From an uncultured Verrucomicrobiae bacterium (GTDB taxonomy: Bacteria > Verrucomicrobiota > Verrucomicrobiia > Chthoniobacterales > JAFAMB01), in assembly GCA_963813025.1 (NCBI GenBank), contig CAWEXO010000014.1, positions 192,001-256,000 of the forward strand: 64,000 nucleotides of DNA. The letters are read 5' to 3'. The position numbers and the translations under genes are program-made. This document shows, in pieces, positions 1-10,125 of this stretch. Numbering within the stretch: the first letter of the stretch is position 1; every line of letters starts with the position of its first letter. The notes beneath the pieces are model-generated. The model ran no database searches. It was not told the DNA's origin and saw nothing but the letters and a program-made list of their open reading frames with translations.

Positions 1-3
1 CGT

Positions 4-526
4 TTACTGGGGAACTCTGAGAGCTTGCAGCCATCTGCGCATCATATTGGCCTCAATCTGCACCGGATGTGAGCGACTCTGGGTGGACGACGTTGGCGCA
101 CTTTCAAACCAGCCTTCGTGAACCGCTGGCTATTGCCCGACCGGATGGATTTTTCAGTACATAGTCAAATGCCAGCCAGGGCCGGGTACCACCTGGAACC
201 ACTCTCAATCCTTGGGGTCCCGATGTGCGGCGGCTGGCTAAATCGATATTGGTGTATCGCAGACTGAGCGTATGACCAGGAAATCGCCTGGATATTACGG
301 TAAGAGTGCGCTGGTTATGTCTCGAGTAAAGACCGCTGACGAATGCTGCAGGTCTCGATTGTTGATGCGAAAGTCGGTAAATCTTTTGTGGATTAACGAA
401 ATCAACTTTCACCACGGCCGGAGCGGAAGGGGCGGCGGCGGAGACAAGCCGATCGCCTGCGGAAGTACAGCCGAAGTTACCAATGATAACGCCGAGCGCG
501 CAGATCGCATAAGATGTTAGTTTCAT
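4..526 (-). pseudogene. DUF3016-like lipoprotein, reading frame broken by about 3 single-base indels
   Basis: Signal + Cys; frame-corrected text reads VDFVNPQRFTDFRINNRD...LSLRYTNIDLA...FDYVLK...RRWLQALRVPQ* with stop at 4-6. Confidence 0.55.
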
Positions 527-613
527 AATTTAGACCGCTGGTCACGGCTGGGCAGAATAGAAAAGGGTTTAGCGAAATCAAGCAAAATAAATGAAGAGAC
601 TTGATTTAATATC

Positions 614-1804
614 ATGATGTATATTTCAGTTGTGGCGCGGAACAAGTCTCCAAACCCAATTCTGCCTCAGGCGAGCGGCCTGCAGCAGCTTCGGAGCTAC
701 AATCGCCAGGTAATACTTCATGCGTTGCGCCAGAGCGGGTCGCTTTCGCGCGCTGAACTCGCCCGGGCGAGCGGTCTGACGCCTCAAGCGATTGCGAACA
801 TTGTAGACCAGTTAATCGAGTTAGGTTTTGTTCGCGAGGCGGGTCGGCGAAAGGCACAACGGGGTCAGCCGCCGATCCAAATCGAAATAGCGAGCGACGG
901 CGCCTACGGAATCGGATTGCGCGCTGATTCAAAACGTTTTTCGGTGGCAACCATGGATCTTAATGGTGCGGTTCGGCACCAGGGCGGTGGCCTCATGCCT
1001 GATACTGATAAGCGCGGACTTGTATCTTTTTTTTCTGATCTGATTAGCAAAATGCCATTCGATCCAGATCGTTGCCTGGGAATTGGCTTGGTCGTTCCCG
1101 GACCATTCGACGCACATTGGCCAGATGTTCCGAGCCCGGGAGCTTTAGCTGCCTTTCAGCGAAAACGATTCGTCCAGCGCATCGGACAAAGAACCGGACT
1201 TGACATCTTCCTGGAGAATGACGCCACCGCGGCAGCATTGGGCGAGAAGCTGCACGGAGTGGCACGCGACTTAAAGAACTACTTTTATGTTTTCGTTGGA
1301 GAGGGGTTAGGTGGGGGGCTGGTCCTTAATGGAGAACCGTACCGTGGTGATTCCGGCAATGCGGGGGAATTTGGACACTTGGTGATTGATCCGAACGGTC
1401 CTCCCTGCTACTGCGGCAACCGGGGATGTCTAGGCCAATATCTTTCCCTTGCCTCACTGACCCGATTTTTAGCCACCGCCCGAAAAAGCAAATCCGGACG
1501 ATCTGTTGAAAACGTCAGGAGTCGACTCATCGAGAAGTGGCTCGATGCCGCTGCGGAAGCTCTTTCGATCGCGCTGGTCGGGATCGAGAATCTGTTCGAT
1601 CCGCAGACTGTCATACTCGGTGGTTCCGCGCCGATAGAAATTTTAAACGGGCTTTTTCACCGACTAGGGAATTTGCGACCATCGATCCGAGTTGGGCGTC
1701 CAGGAGAAAGAATTCGAGTGAGTTCTCTACGAGAGAAGAGTGCGGCGGTCGGTGCAGCGGCGTTGCCAATTTTCGCCGCGACGAATCCGAGCCGGTTTTC
1801 GTGA
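614..1804 (+). CDS. ROK family transcriptional regulator
   Basis: N-terminal HTH (LSRAELARASGLT), ENDATAAALGE, GEFGH and CYCGNRGCL motifs. Confidence 0.95.
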   Translation: MMYISVVARNKSPNPILPQASGLQQLRSYNRQVILHALRQSGSLSRAELARASGLTPQAIANIVDQLIELGFVREAGRRKAQRGQPPIQIEIASDGAYGIGLRADSKRFSVATMDLNGAVRHQGGGLMPDTDKRGLVSFFSDLISKMPFDPDRCLGIGLVVPGPFDAHWPDVPSPGALAAFQRKRFVQRIGQRTGLDIFLENDATAAALGEKLHGVARDLKNYFYVFVGEGLGGGLVLNGEPYRGDSGNAGEFGHLVIDPNGPPCYCGNRGCLGQYLSLASLTRFLATARKSKSGRSVENVRSRLIEKWLDAAAEALSIALVGIENLFDPQTVILGGSAPIEILNGLFHRLGNLRPSIRVGRPGERIRVSSLREKSAAVGAAALPIFAATNPSRFS

Positions 1805-1927
1805 GCAAGAAAGCGCAGGCTGCGGCTGGGTGGAGCGCTGGGGCGGGGCGGCACACGGTTTCCTTGAAGGAAATTGGACATGCTGGCGTTCTGTAATAGA
1901 AAACATCTAATTATTGGTTGTTGAAGT

Positions 1928-4000
1928 TTGGTGATGAGCAAAAGCTATTCTTACGATTCGTTCCTTTACGGGGTGGTTTATTACCCGGAGCAATGGCCGG
2001 AAGCCTGCTGGGATTCCGATCTTTCGCGCATCGCCCAGACGGGCATGAACGTGGTCCGGATGGGCGAGGGTGCCTGGAGCATTTGGGAACCCGAAGAAGG
2101 GCGCTACGACTTTGTTTTGTTCGATCGCGCGCTTGAGCTTTGCCAGAAGCACGGGCTCAAAGCGATCATGGGCACGCCCACTTACGCACCGCCGGCCTGG
2201 CTCACTGAACGCTACCCGGAGGTATCGCGAGTGAGCTATCAGGGAATACGCCTGACGCATGGTTCACGGCGTCACTACAATTATACATCGCCGATCTATC
2301 GGGAAAAGTCTCAGGCTATCACCGAGGCGTTGGCCGAACACTACAGAAGTCATCCGGCAGTAATCGGCTGGCAAATTGACAACGAACTCAACTGCCACTT
2401 GGACCTCAGTTTTGCACGGAGTGACCACGAAGCCTTCCGGAGTTGGTGCCGCGAGCGCTATGGCACGCTGGAAGCCTTAAATCAGGCGTGGGGCACGGGT
2501 TTCTGGTCGCAGACCTACACCGCCTGGAATCAAGTCTGGCTGCCGCGGCCTACGGTGACCTACCAGAACCCGAGTCTGCTATTGGACTTTTTTCGGTTCA
2601 CCTCCGACATGACGATACGATTTGCGGCCATGCAATGTCAGATCATTAAGCGAATCGCGCCGCATCAGTTCGTCACCCATAACGCCTTCCAAACCATGAC
2701 GAGCGTCGATTTGCCGAAGTTCGTGCAGGAAACCGTCGATTTTGTCTCGTATGATTCCTACCCGGAATTCAAGGTTTGCGATCTCTCGCTGCCCGCGCAT
2801 TTTCGCGACCGTTCCGAGTCCCGGCTTCTGTCCAGGATGCGCGGGGTGTCGCCGAAGTTCATGGTGCTCGAACAACAGGCTGGCCCAAGTGGCCAAATCG
2901 GCGGCGTCCTGAACGGCAACCCGGACTATCTGCACCCAACGCCCAAACCTGGGCAGATGCGCCTCTGGTGCTGGAACTCGATTGCCAATGGTGCCGATGG
3001 CTTAGTCTTTTTCCGCTGGCGTTCGCTGCCCTACGGGTGCGAGGCCCACTGGAACGGTCTCCTTTATCACGACGAGCGAAACGCGTGGAGGTTGGAGGAA
3101 GCCAGGCAGCTCGGGGACGAGATCAAACGATTGTCGGCGACATTGGTGGGAACCCGCTGCGTTTCACAGGCAGCGATCCTGTATGATTTTGATAATGAAT
3201 CGCACGCCCGTATTGAGCGCGCCACGGGCAAGCATCGCGACGCCAATGAGCTTGCAGTGTACCAGGCCTTGTCAGAGCGGCATTTGTCCGTCGATGTGCG
3301 GGCCCTTTCGAGTGTTCATGAAGGGGCCGACTTGGCGCATTACGCAATCGTCTTTTTCCCGCACGCGCACATCCTGGGGGCGGTCGACGTCCGCGCCTTG
3401 CAGGACTACGTAGAAGAAGGGGGTACGTTGGTGTTCGGCTGTTGGAGCGGATACCGGGACCGCAACCACTGGTGTTACGACGCGGCAGGAAAAGCTTTTT
3501 ACGAAGCCTTGGTGGGCGCGGGAGTGGCCGATTTTACTGTGGTGACGCCGGGGGAAGCCTCCGCCATTCGCTTCGGCCATTCAGATAATTCCTTTGCAGC
3601 GCCGGTTTTTAACGAGGTGCTCGCCGGTACCGGCGACAACGTGAGCGTGCTGGCGTCCTATGTGTCGGACTACTATGCGGGTCAACCCGCTGTCATCCTT
3701 CATCAAAGAGGCCGGGGCCGGGTGATCCATTTTGGCAGTTTCTTCACGTCTCAGAACGTGACCGCGCTGTTAGACGTCCTGGCGATTGAAGACCCGTTCG
3801 CGGCGTGGGCGGAAATTCCTGCCGAGGTTCAGACCGTGGTACGGTCCGATGGCGCCGAACGGTTCTGTTTTCTGTTGAACTTCACCAATAGAGCGCAAGC
3901 AGTGAACTTTAAAAAGTCAACCTTTGACCTCTTAGAAGGGCAAAAACTCGAAAGCCGCGCGGAAATCCCTCCGTACGGTGTACGTTTCGTACAGAGTTAA
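1928..4000 (+). CDS. GH42 beta-galactosidase
   Basis: YYPEQW, GEGAWS, WQIDNE acid/base motif, FFRWR, C-terminal trimerisation domain; 690 aa. Confidence 0.93.
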   Translation: MVMSKSYSYDSFLYGVVYYPEQWPEACWDSDLSRIAQTGMNVVRMGEGAWSIWEPEEGRYDFVLFDRALELCQKHGLKAIMGTPTYAPPAWLTERYPEVSRVSYQGIRLTHGSRRHYNYTSPIYREKSQAITEALAEHYRSHPAVIGWQIDNELNCHLDLSFARSDHEAFRSWCRERYGTLEALNQAWGTGFWSQTYTAWNQVWLPRPTVTYQNPSLLLDFFRFTSDMTIRFAAMQCQIIKRIAPHQFVTHNAFQTMTSVDLPKFVQETVDFVSYDSYPEFKVCDLSLPAHFRDRSESRLLSRMRGVSPKFMVLEQQAGPSGQIGGVLNGNPDYLHPTPKPGQMRLWCWNSIANGADGLVFFRWRSLPYGCEAHWNGLLYHDERNAWRLEEARQLGDEIKRLSATLVGTRCVSQAAILYDFDNESHARIERATGKHRDANELAVYQALSERHLSVDVRALSSVHEGADLAHYAIVFFPHAHILGAVDVRALQDYVEEGGTLVFGCWSGYRDRNHWCYDAAGKAFYEALVGAGVADFTVVTPGEASAIRFGHSDNSFAAPVFNEVLAGTGDNVSVLASYVSDYYAGQPAVILHQRGRGRVIHFGSFFTSQNVTALLDVLAIEDPFAAWAEIPAEVQTVVRSDGAERFCFLLNFTNRAQAVNFKKSTFDLLEGQKLESRAEIPPYGVRFVQS

Positions 4001-4119
4001 ACCGGACTTGTAGCGTGGACCACCGGGCCGATCGCCGAGGCCCAGCCGGTGGCGGGTTCCGCAAGTCGATTGGCGCGTTCTGCTAGCAACAGTGTTTGGA
4101 AGGAAGTTATCTTGACGCC

Positions 4120-4310
4120 ATGAGTACAGCCAAGGCCCAAGCTTAGGCGGCTCAGAGCGCAACTTCGGCTCTTGCGCCGTTTCATATTATGCGGCGCGAG
4201 CTCGGCCCCGTGGATATCGAAATCGAAATTCAATATTGCGGGCTGTCACTCAGACCTGCCTGTCTTTTCCTATCCTCACGTATAACGGCGACGACAAGGA
4301 TCTTGGTGAT
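4120..4310 (+). pseudogene. Zn-dependent (cinnamyl/YahK-type) alcohol dehydrogenase remnant
   Basis: MSTAKAQA*AAQSATSALAPFHIMRRELGPVDIEIEIQYCG, then CHSDL after a frameshift and TYNGDDKDLG after an internal deletion. Confidence 0.7.
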
Positions 4311-4475
4311 CAGAAACAAAATACCGTTGAATTGAACGAGACCGCCTACCTGCTGGGCTCCGAGGATGCCAACTCCTGCTTTCGTGCCTTTTACGTGTGG
4401 GAAGGCACATCACCGGGGGAATGGCGCACGCTACATCGCACGGCCGAGGGCGAAGTGGTGGGTAATCGAATGTAA
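4311..4475 (+). pseudogene. AraC-family regulator C-terminal HTH remnant
   Basis: ELNETAYLLGSEDANSCFRAFYVWEGTSPGEWR resembles the second AraC HTH; no N-terminus. Confidence 0.7.
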
Positions 4476-4859
4476 TGCAAACCTCGTGTGCCAACATTGA
4501 GTAAAGGAGTTTAGAAAATGGACCGTGACTGACTTCTTCGGCCGGGACGAAACGCTTGCGCATCTGAGTTTTGCCTGCGCCGAGATGCTATCGGCCCGAA
4601 CGGCGGGCAACGCGAAACGTGTCGCTGCTTCGCACACCTTCAGCTTAGCGTCAGTTAGCCTTACACGTAGGCACGGCAGGAGTTGTAGGCTCCCCCTGGG
4701 GTGGTACCATTCCAAGGGTGCTTGTCCAGCGTGTTCAACTCGAACATGGCGAGGCGTCACCGGGTAGCGTCGACCCGAACAACCGCCGGTTCGACAATAC
4801 GGTAGACTGCGCCGAAGTCTGGAAGGCTCTGAGGATCTTGAATTGCCAACGTCGGTCAT

Positions 4860-6410
4860 ATGAGGGAACTCGAACAACTCCTTGGGCTTTTTGTCGCGGC
4901 CGTGATCCTGGCGGCCACGGCGCGGCGCGTCGGAGCACCTTATCCGGTATTCCTGGCGCTCGGCGGTGCGCTGCTGGCGTTTCTTCCAGTCGCGCCCTCG
5001 TTCAGCATCCCTCCCGAGCTTGCGCTGGCGCTCTTCGTCGCACCCGTGCTGCTTGATGCGGCTTACGACGCATCGCTCAGAGATCTCAGGGACAATTGGG
5101 TACCGGTGACCGGATTGGTCGTATTTGCGGTCGGATTGACGACCGCCGCTATCGCCGTCGTCGCCCACACGCTCATACCGACGATGCCTTGGGCAGCGGC
5201 GACTGCGCTCGGCGCGGTCGTAGCTCCACCCGACGCCGTCGCGGCCACTGCCGTGCTCCGCCCGTTGCGACCGCCTCATCGCATCCTGACCATCCTCGAA
5301 GGCGAAAGCCTGCTGAATGACGCCAGTGCGCTCCTGATCTACCGCCTCGCCATTGGAGCCGTCGCGGCCAACGGCTTCTCCATCGCGGCAGTTGTGCCAA
5401 CCTTCTTGCTCGCGGTGGCCGGCAGCCTGGTCGTAGGCCCGGCGCTCGGGTGGCTCGTCCTCCGGTTGATGGAACGTGTGCAACACGTGCCGACGGCCAT
5501 CATTCTGCAGTTCGTCAGCACGATTGGCGTGTGGCTGCTCGCCGATGCCGTTGGGCTCTCCGGTGTGTTGACGATGGTGTGCTACGCCATGACGGTGGCG
5601 CGGACCGCGCCTAAGCGAACACCCGCACGGACCCGCGTACCGACCTATGCGGTTTGGGAAACCGTCGTGTTCGCTCTGAACATCCTGGCCTTCATTTTCA
5701 TCGGCCTGCAGATTCGACCCATCCTCGAGAGCCTGAGAGCAGCGGATCGGGGGCGGTACTTCGCCGTCTCCGGCGCGGTCCTGCTGACCGTGATCGTGGT
5801 GCGCCTCGCCTGGCACATGTCCTTCAATGCAGTCCTCAGGTGGCGAAACAGCCGGCTCGGGTTTCATCCGCCGCGGCCGATGCTGCGGCCGACGATCGGG
5901 AGCGGCTTGATTATTTCGTGGGCCGGCATGCGGGGCATTGTCTCTCTGGCTGCGGCAATGGCGCTGCCATCGTCGTTTCCATATCGCGACCTGATCGTGC
6001 TGACCGCATTCTCTGTCGTGCTCGGCACGCTGGCGATCCAAGGACTGACGCTCAAGCCGCTCTTACGTGCGCTCGATTTGCATAATGATGATCCTGTCGG
6101 CCGCGAAGTGAGCGCGGCGCGTGAACGCGCGTTGCGTGCGGGACTTGAGAGTTTCGCGCGTGACCGATCTCCAGTCGCGGAAGTCGTCCGGCAGGAATTC
6201 ACGGCACGTTTGGCGTACGAACGATCGGATGCTGACGCCGGGGATGCCACGCGCCCCGCACACAACGAACTGCTTCGTGGAGCACTCCGGGCGGCCCGGC
6301 AAGCCGTTTTCGCCATGCGCGCCAACGACGAGATCGGTGACGATGCCTTTCATCGGATGGAAGAGGAATTAGACTGGCTCGAAATGGCAGGTGGTAGAAA
6401 AGGGGAGTGA
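4860..6410 (+). CDS. CPA1 family Na+/H+ antiporter (YjcE-like)
   Basis: PPDAVA, ILEGESLLNDASAL and WAGMRGIVSLAAA motifs; many TM helices. Confidence 0.95.
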   Translation: MRELEQLLGLFVAAVILAATARRVGAPYPVFLALGGALLAFLPVAPSFSIPPELALALFVAPVLLDAAYDASLRDLRDNWVPVTGLVVFAVGLTTAAIAVVAHTLIPTMPWAAATALGAVVAPPDAVAATAVLRPLRPPHRILTILEGESLLNDASALLIYRLAIGAVAANGFSIAAVVPTFLLAVAGSLVVGPALGWLVLRLMERVQHVPTAIILQFVSTIGVWLLADAVGLSGVLTMVCYAMTVARTAPKRTPARTRVPTYAVWETVVFALNILAFIFIGLQIRPILESLRAADRGRYFAVSGAVLLTVIVVRLAWHMSFNAVLRWRNSRLGFHPPRPMLRPTIGSGLIISWAGMRGIVSLAAAMALPSSFPYRDLIVLTAFSVVLGTLAIQGLTLKPLLRALDLHNDDPVGREVSAARERALRAGLESFARDRSPVAEVVRQEFTARLAYERSDADAGDATRPAHNELLRGALRAARQAVFAMRANDEIGDDAFHRMEEELDWLEMAGGRKGE

Positions 6411-6608
6411 AACACTGGAATGAGAACTGCTGCTTTTCTCGACTTGGCGCTGGGACTCGCTAACCCTGTGTTGGGTTTGGTCGCGAGCGGGGCTGCCTCA
6501 GGCGCGGTGTTCCTTGTCAGCACGCCGGTCGTGCTCTGTGCCGCGGTTATCGCAGTGTGCGTCTTAAATTGCGCCGTCGCTCGGCACGGCAAGCGGGAAG
6601 TCAGGATT

Positions 6609-6685
6609 ATGAGCAACAACATCGAAGGAAAGGTCGTCGTCATCAGGGGCGCGAGCAGCGGGCCGGGCGAGGCGACCGCCGACGA
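6609..6685 (+). pseudogene. SDR oxidoreductase N-terminal remnant
   Basis: MSNNIEGKVVVIRGASSGPGEATA (degenerate TGASSGxG), then similarity is lost. Confidence 0.6.
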
Positions 6686-6826
6686 TGGCTTGCAGGGGAG
6701 GGTGCCATATTTTCGCGCATAGCCCGACTTGAGGATGTGCACACGCCGCCGTTGGATTTCAGGTCAATTCCAATTCCCATTCCTGTCCGATGAGATCCTG
6801 GCCGAAGCTATGATGAGGCTCCTCCT

Positions 6827-7340
6827 TTACCAGGTGGAAGCCCGCTCTTTCGTAGATGCGATGCGCAGCGGTAAGAATACTTTGGGTCCAAAGAACGGCA
6901 GGACGTAGGGTATCCGGCTGCGGTCAACTTTCCGGAGAATGCTCTCGATGGACTGCATGCAACGGATGAGCTCCAGACGATCGCCAGGCGGCAACCCGGC
7001 AAGAGTGGCTCGCGCCTGTTCCTCGGAAAGAGCATCGAGCTTTTTGAACGCGGATGTGCCACGCGCCGTGAGCATCAGCTCAGCAGAGCGGCCATCTTCT
7101 TCTGAAGTCTTTTTGTGCAACAAGCCGGCGCGCTCGAACTTTCCTAGCAGACGGCTCAGGTATCCGGGGTCAACTCCCAGTCCTTCCGCGATGTCGCTTG
7201 CTTTTGGGGTGGGACGAGTCGCCAGTTCGTAGAGGACACGCGCTTCCGCTAAACTATACTCGCTGTTCAGGAGCCCTTCGTTCAGAGTTCCGATGAAACG
7301 CGTATACATCCGGTTGAAGCGGCGAAAGCTCTCCGTTTCG
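6827..7340 (-). pseudogene. MarR-HTH/GNAT bifunctional regulator, GNAT domain lost
   Basis: FRRFNRMYTRFIG, YSLAEARVLYEL, DPGYLSRLL; similarity ends at PYVL where the GNAT domain normally starts. Confidence 0.7.
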
Positions 7341-8042
7341 CCTCAGCGCACGGTGATCCTCATGTTCGAAAATGCCGGAATTGTCCCGACAAGAGATTCG
7401 TCCGCTGAAAGCTAAGCGGTCATGCTGACCAGGCTGGGTTCAAAGCTGAACGCTGAGAACCGCGCCATGCGCATCGAAAGAGATGCGCAGGAGCGCAACT
7501 TTCTGGTTGGACCCGAGTCTTACGGGGGGCTCTTGACTCCGGCGGGTGTTCGAGGCATTAGCCGGGCAACTTGGCCGCGGGTGAGCGGCAATCATCCTTT
7601 AGCCAAGTGAGGAGGCGGCGCATCGGCGTATTGCGCGATGCCATTGCCAAAAGCCCAATTCTTCCTCTTTTCTAGCGGGGCCTTTTCGGTGACAACTTCT
7701 TCCAATACGAAGAATAGAATTTGGAATTTCGTCTCCGGCAAACGCTGCGCGAGCGAATTCTCGAGTGCTGAGCTCGCGAGCCACTCGCCTTGGGCTGCCG
7801 GCGGCAGGTCCAAGCGCGGCAGCGGGGTTAAACTCATGGAGATTGCCTCCCAACAGCCAAGGTCGGTAGGGGCAAGCTCCCGCTTGACCTCTTTAGCGTT
7901 GGATCAGTCTCGATCTGGACGGGCAGGCCGCCTCCGCAAGGCTACGGCGCGCCTTCCAGTCTTGAATAGAGTTTCCGCCCAGCGATTCGTCAGCTTGGAA
8001 GAATTGAAGCAGAACACGCTCACATAGCTCCCGACGGCGCCA

Positions 8043-9044
8043 TCAGAATTTAAAACTGGCCACGTTCCCCGGCGTCACGATGATTGCGGGTCCCAAGATG
8101 ACTTCGCCATTGTCGCCAATTGTGTACTCGCCAAGATGACCTGCGGTAAAGGTCTCGCCTTTTTTGCCAGTGACCTTCCCCTGGGCGTAAGCTTGGGCCG
8201 CGTAATAAGTTAGGTAGCCGAGATCTTCCACATTCCACCAAATATCCTGGGACTCGCCGGCGAGAATGTATTTTTTCATCAAGGTGGCAGGTGCCAGGCC
8301 AGTCAGCTTGATTTTCTTGAGGAGGCCTGCTTGCTCCAGGGCGCGTGCGGCTGCCGGCAATCCGATACCGGCCGGAATAATAATGCCTTTCAGGTTCGGG
8401 AACGCTTCTGCTAACGCGAGTGCCTGCTGCTGATTCACCTGCTCGCTTTCTTGACCGTACGCGACCTGAACCAGTTTCATGTTCGCAAATTTCGGATTGC
8501 TCTTGAGGTTCTTCTTCATGAACTCGATCCACGAATTCTGATTGGTGGCAGTCGGCGTTGATGACAGTATCGCAAACTCCCCTTTGTAATCGATGAGGCC
8601 GCCCATGCTTTCGAGCATCTGTTGAGCAAGGCTGTCGGAGTTAGCCTGATTGACAAAAATACCGCGTGCGTTCCTTGCGACATCTGAATCAAAAGAGACG
8701 ACTTTGATGCCTTGTTGTTCTGCTCGTCTGAGTGCGGGAGCGACCGCATTGGCATCGGAGCCGGCGATCGCAACGACGTCCACCTTCTGGGAAACCATAT
8801 TGTTGATGAAAGGAATTTGTGCATCGCCCGTCGCGCTGGAAGGAGCTTCCTGGATCAGGGTGCCACCAATCTCTTTCTGTGCTTTTTCAGCGCCCAATTT
8901 CGTGGTGGCGAAATAGGGATCGGTATCAAGTTTCGGAATAAATCCGACAGTCGCGCCTTTGGTGGCCGAATCTGCGCCAAGCGCAGCAGTCGCACACATG
9001 GCGCTGAACAGGAACAGACTCGTGAGCAGTTTGTGGGTTTTCAT
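8043..9044 (-). CDS. Sugar ABC transporter substrate-binding protein (rhamnose RhaS/LsrB-like)
   Basis: Signal peptide, IPKLDTDPYF, ILSSTPTATNQNSWI, WNVEDLGY. Confidence 0.88.
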   Translation of the reverse strand: MKTHKLLTSLFLFSAMCATAALGADSATKGATVGFIPKLDTDPYFATTKLGAEKAQKEIGGTLIQEAPSSATGDAQIPFINNMVSQKVDVVAIAGSDANAVAPALRRAEQQGIKVVSFDSDVARNARGIFVNQANSDSLAQQMLESMGGLIDYKGEFAILSSTPTATNQNSWIEFMKKNLKSNPKFANMKLVQVAYGQESEQVNQQQALALAEAFPNLKGIIIPAGIGLPAAARALEQAGLLKKIKLTGLAPATLMKKYILAGESQDIWWNVEDLGYLTYYAAQAYAQGKVTGKKGETFTAGHLGEYTIGDNGEVILGPAIIVTPGNVASFKF

Positions 9045-9081
9045 ACTGGGGGTTTTCCTTTCTATTTCATGGTGAGTACGA

Positions 9082-10125
9082 CTAACATCCGTCAACATTC
9101 GGAACGCGGGCGTCAGTCGCTGGTTCCGTGCGCCGCAAAGCCATGGTTCTGACCAGGCGACGTGTGCGAGCGCTGTCGAGCGCTTTCTGCAAGCTGTTAT
9201 TGAGCATAAGTGACAATATCAGGAGAAGACCGATGGCGACACCCTGTCCGTCGCCACCCACCTGTTTGAGACCGAGAATATTGCGAATCGTGGCTACGAG
9301 CGCCAGTGCCCAGAGCACGCCGGTGAGATTTCCGCGTCCGCCGAAGACGCTGACGCCGCCGAGCAGCGCAATGGTAATGACGTCCAATTCAAATCCGAGC
9401 GCGTTATCGGCGCGCGCATTTGATAGACGAGCGGTGAATACGATTCCGGCCATCGCACACATGAGTCCGGAGACTGCAAATAACCAGAAGCGAAGTCTTC
9501 GGACTTTGATTCCTGAATAAAGAGCGGTATCTGGATTCCCGCCGATTGCATAAATGCGTCGACCAATAGCGGTGCACTGGAGAACTGTTGAAAAGAGAGG
9601 GGCAGTCAAAAGGAAAGGGACGATCGTCCAGGGAATGACGGTGGGGCCGACGGTGTCGATACCGAAATTGGTCAATGCATCTGGCAATTCGTTGACCGAG
9701 TCCGCACCTAACAGGATATACCCGATGCCACGGAATAGGGCCAATGTTCCAAGCGTGACGACCAACGACGGTAGATTGAGCCTGGTGACGAGGACACCAT
9801 TGAACGCGCCGGCCAGTCCGCCCGCGATCAAGACGACGGGAATTGCTGCGAGCAGCGGCAGCCGCACACGAATCAGCAAGCCGAGGATGACGCTGCTGAG
9901 AGCGAGTATGCTAGCGACTGATAGGTCGATTTCGCGAGCGATGATGAGTAGGACCATGGGAAGCACAAGAAGCGCCTTCTCCGACACGCCCGCAATGGTT
10001 TGCGACAAATTAAAGGCGGTCGCAAAATGAGGCACCGAAGTTGTGGCGTAGATGTAGATGCACACAAATAGCACGAAGAGAAATCCATCCCAGCTTGCTA
10101 GTCGATGAATGATCCTGGGTATCAT
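9082..10125 (-). CDS. Sugar ABC transporter permease
   Basis: EIDLSVAS, GRRIYAIGGN, FELDVITIALLGGVS (BPD_transp_2 motifs). Confidence 0.93.
   Translation of the reverse strand: MIPRIIHRLASWDGFLFVLFVCIYIYATTSVPHFATAFNLSQTIAGVSEKALLVLPMVLLIIAREIDLSVASILALSSVILGLLIRVRLPLLAAIPVVLIAGGLAGAFNGVLVTRLNLPSLVVTLGTLALFRGIGYILLGADSVNELPDALTNFGIDTVGPTVIPWTIVPFLLTAPLFSTVLQCTAIGRRIYAIGGNPDTALYSGIKVRRLRFWLFAVSGLMCAMAGIVFTARLSNARADNALGFELDVITIALLGGVSVFGGRGNLTGVLWALALVATIRNILGLKQVGGDGQGVAIGLLLILSLMLNNSLQKALDSARTRRLVRTMALRRTEPATDARVPNVDGC

Noticed and set aside
575..607. aaatcaag-N17-cttgattt palindrome as a ROK operator
   Set aside because: Short arms in an AT-rich tract and no second copy seen upstream of the GH42 gene
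4700..4860. Riboswitch (Na+/Li+ or ZTP-like) upstream of the antiporter
   Set aside because: Only partial resemblance and the conserved 3' elements were not found; an Rfam cmscan would be needed
4431..6041. 536-aa ORF on the minus strand
   Set aside because: Antisense shadow of the GC-rich antiporter gene; Arg-rich with no motifs
7422..8027. Short ORFs downstream of the ABC operon
   Set aside because: Overlapping frames with no recognisable family or clear RBS
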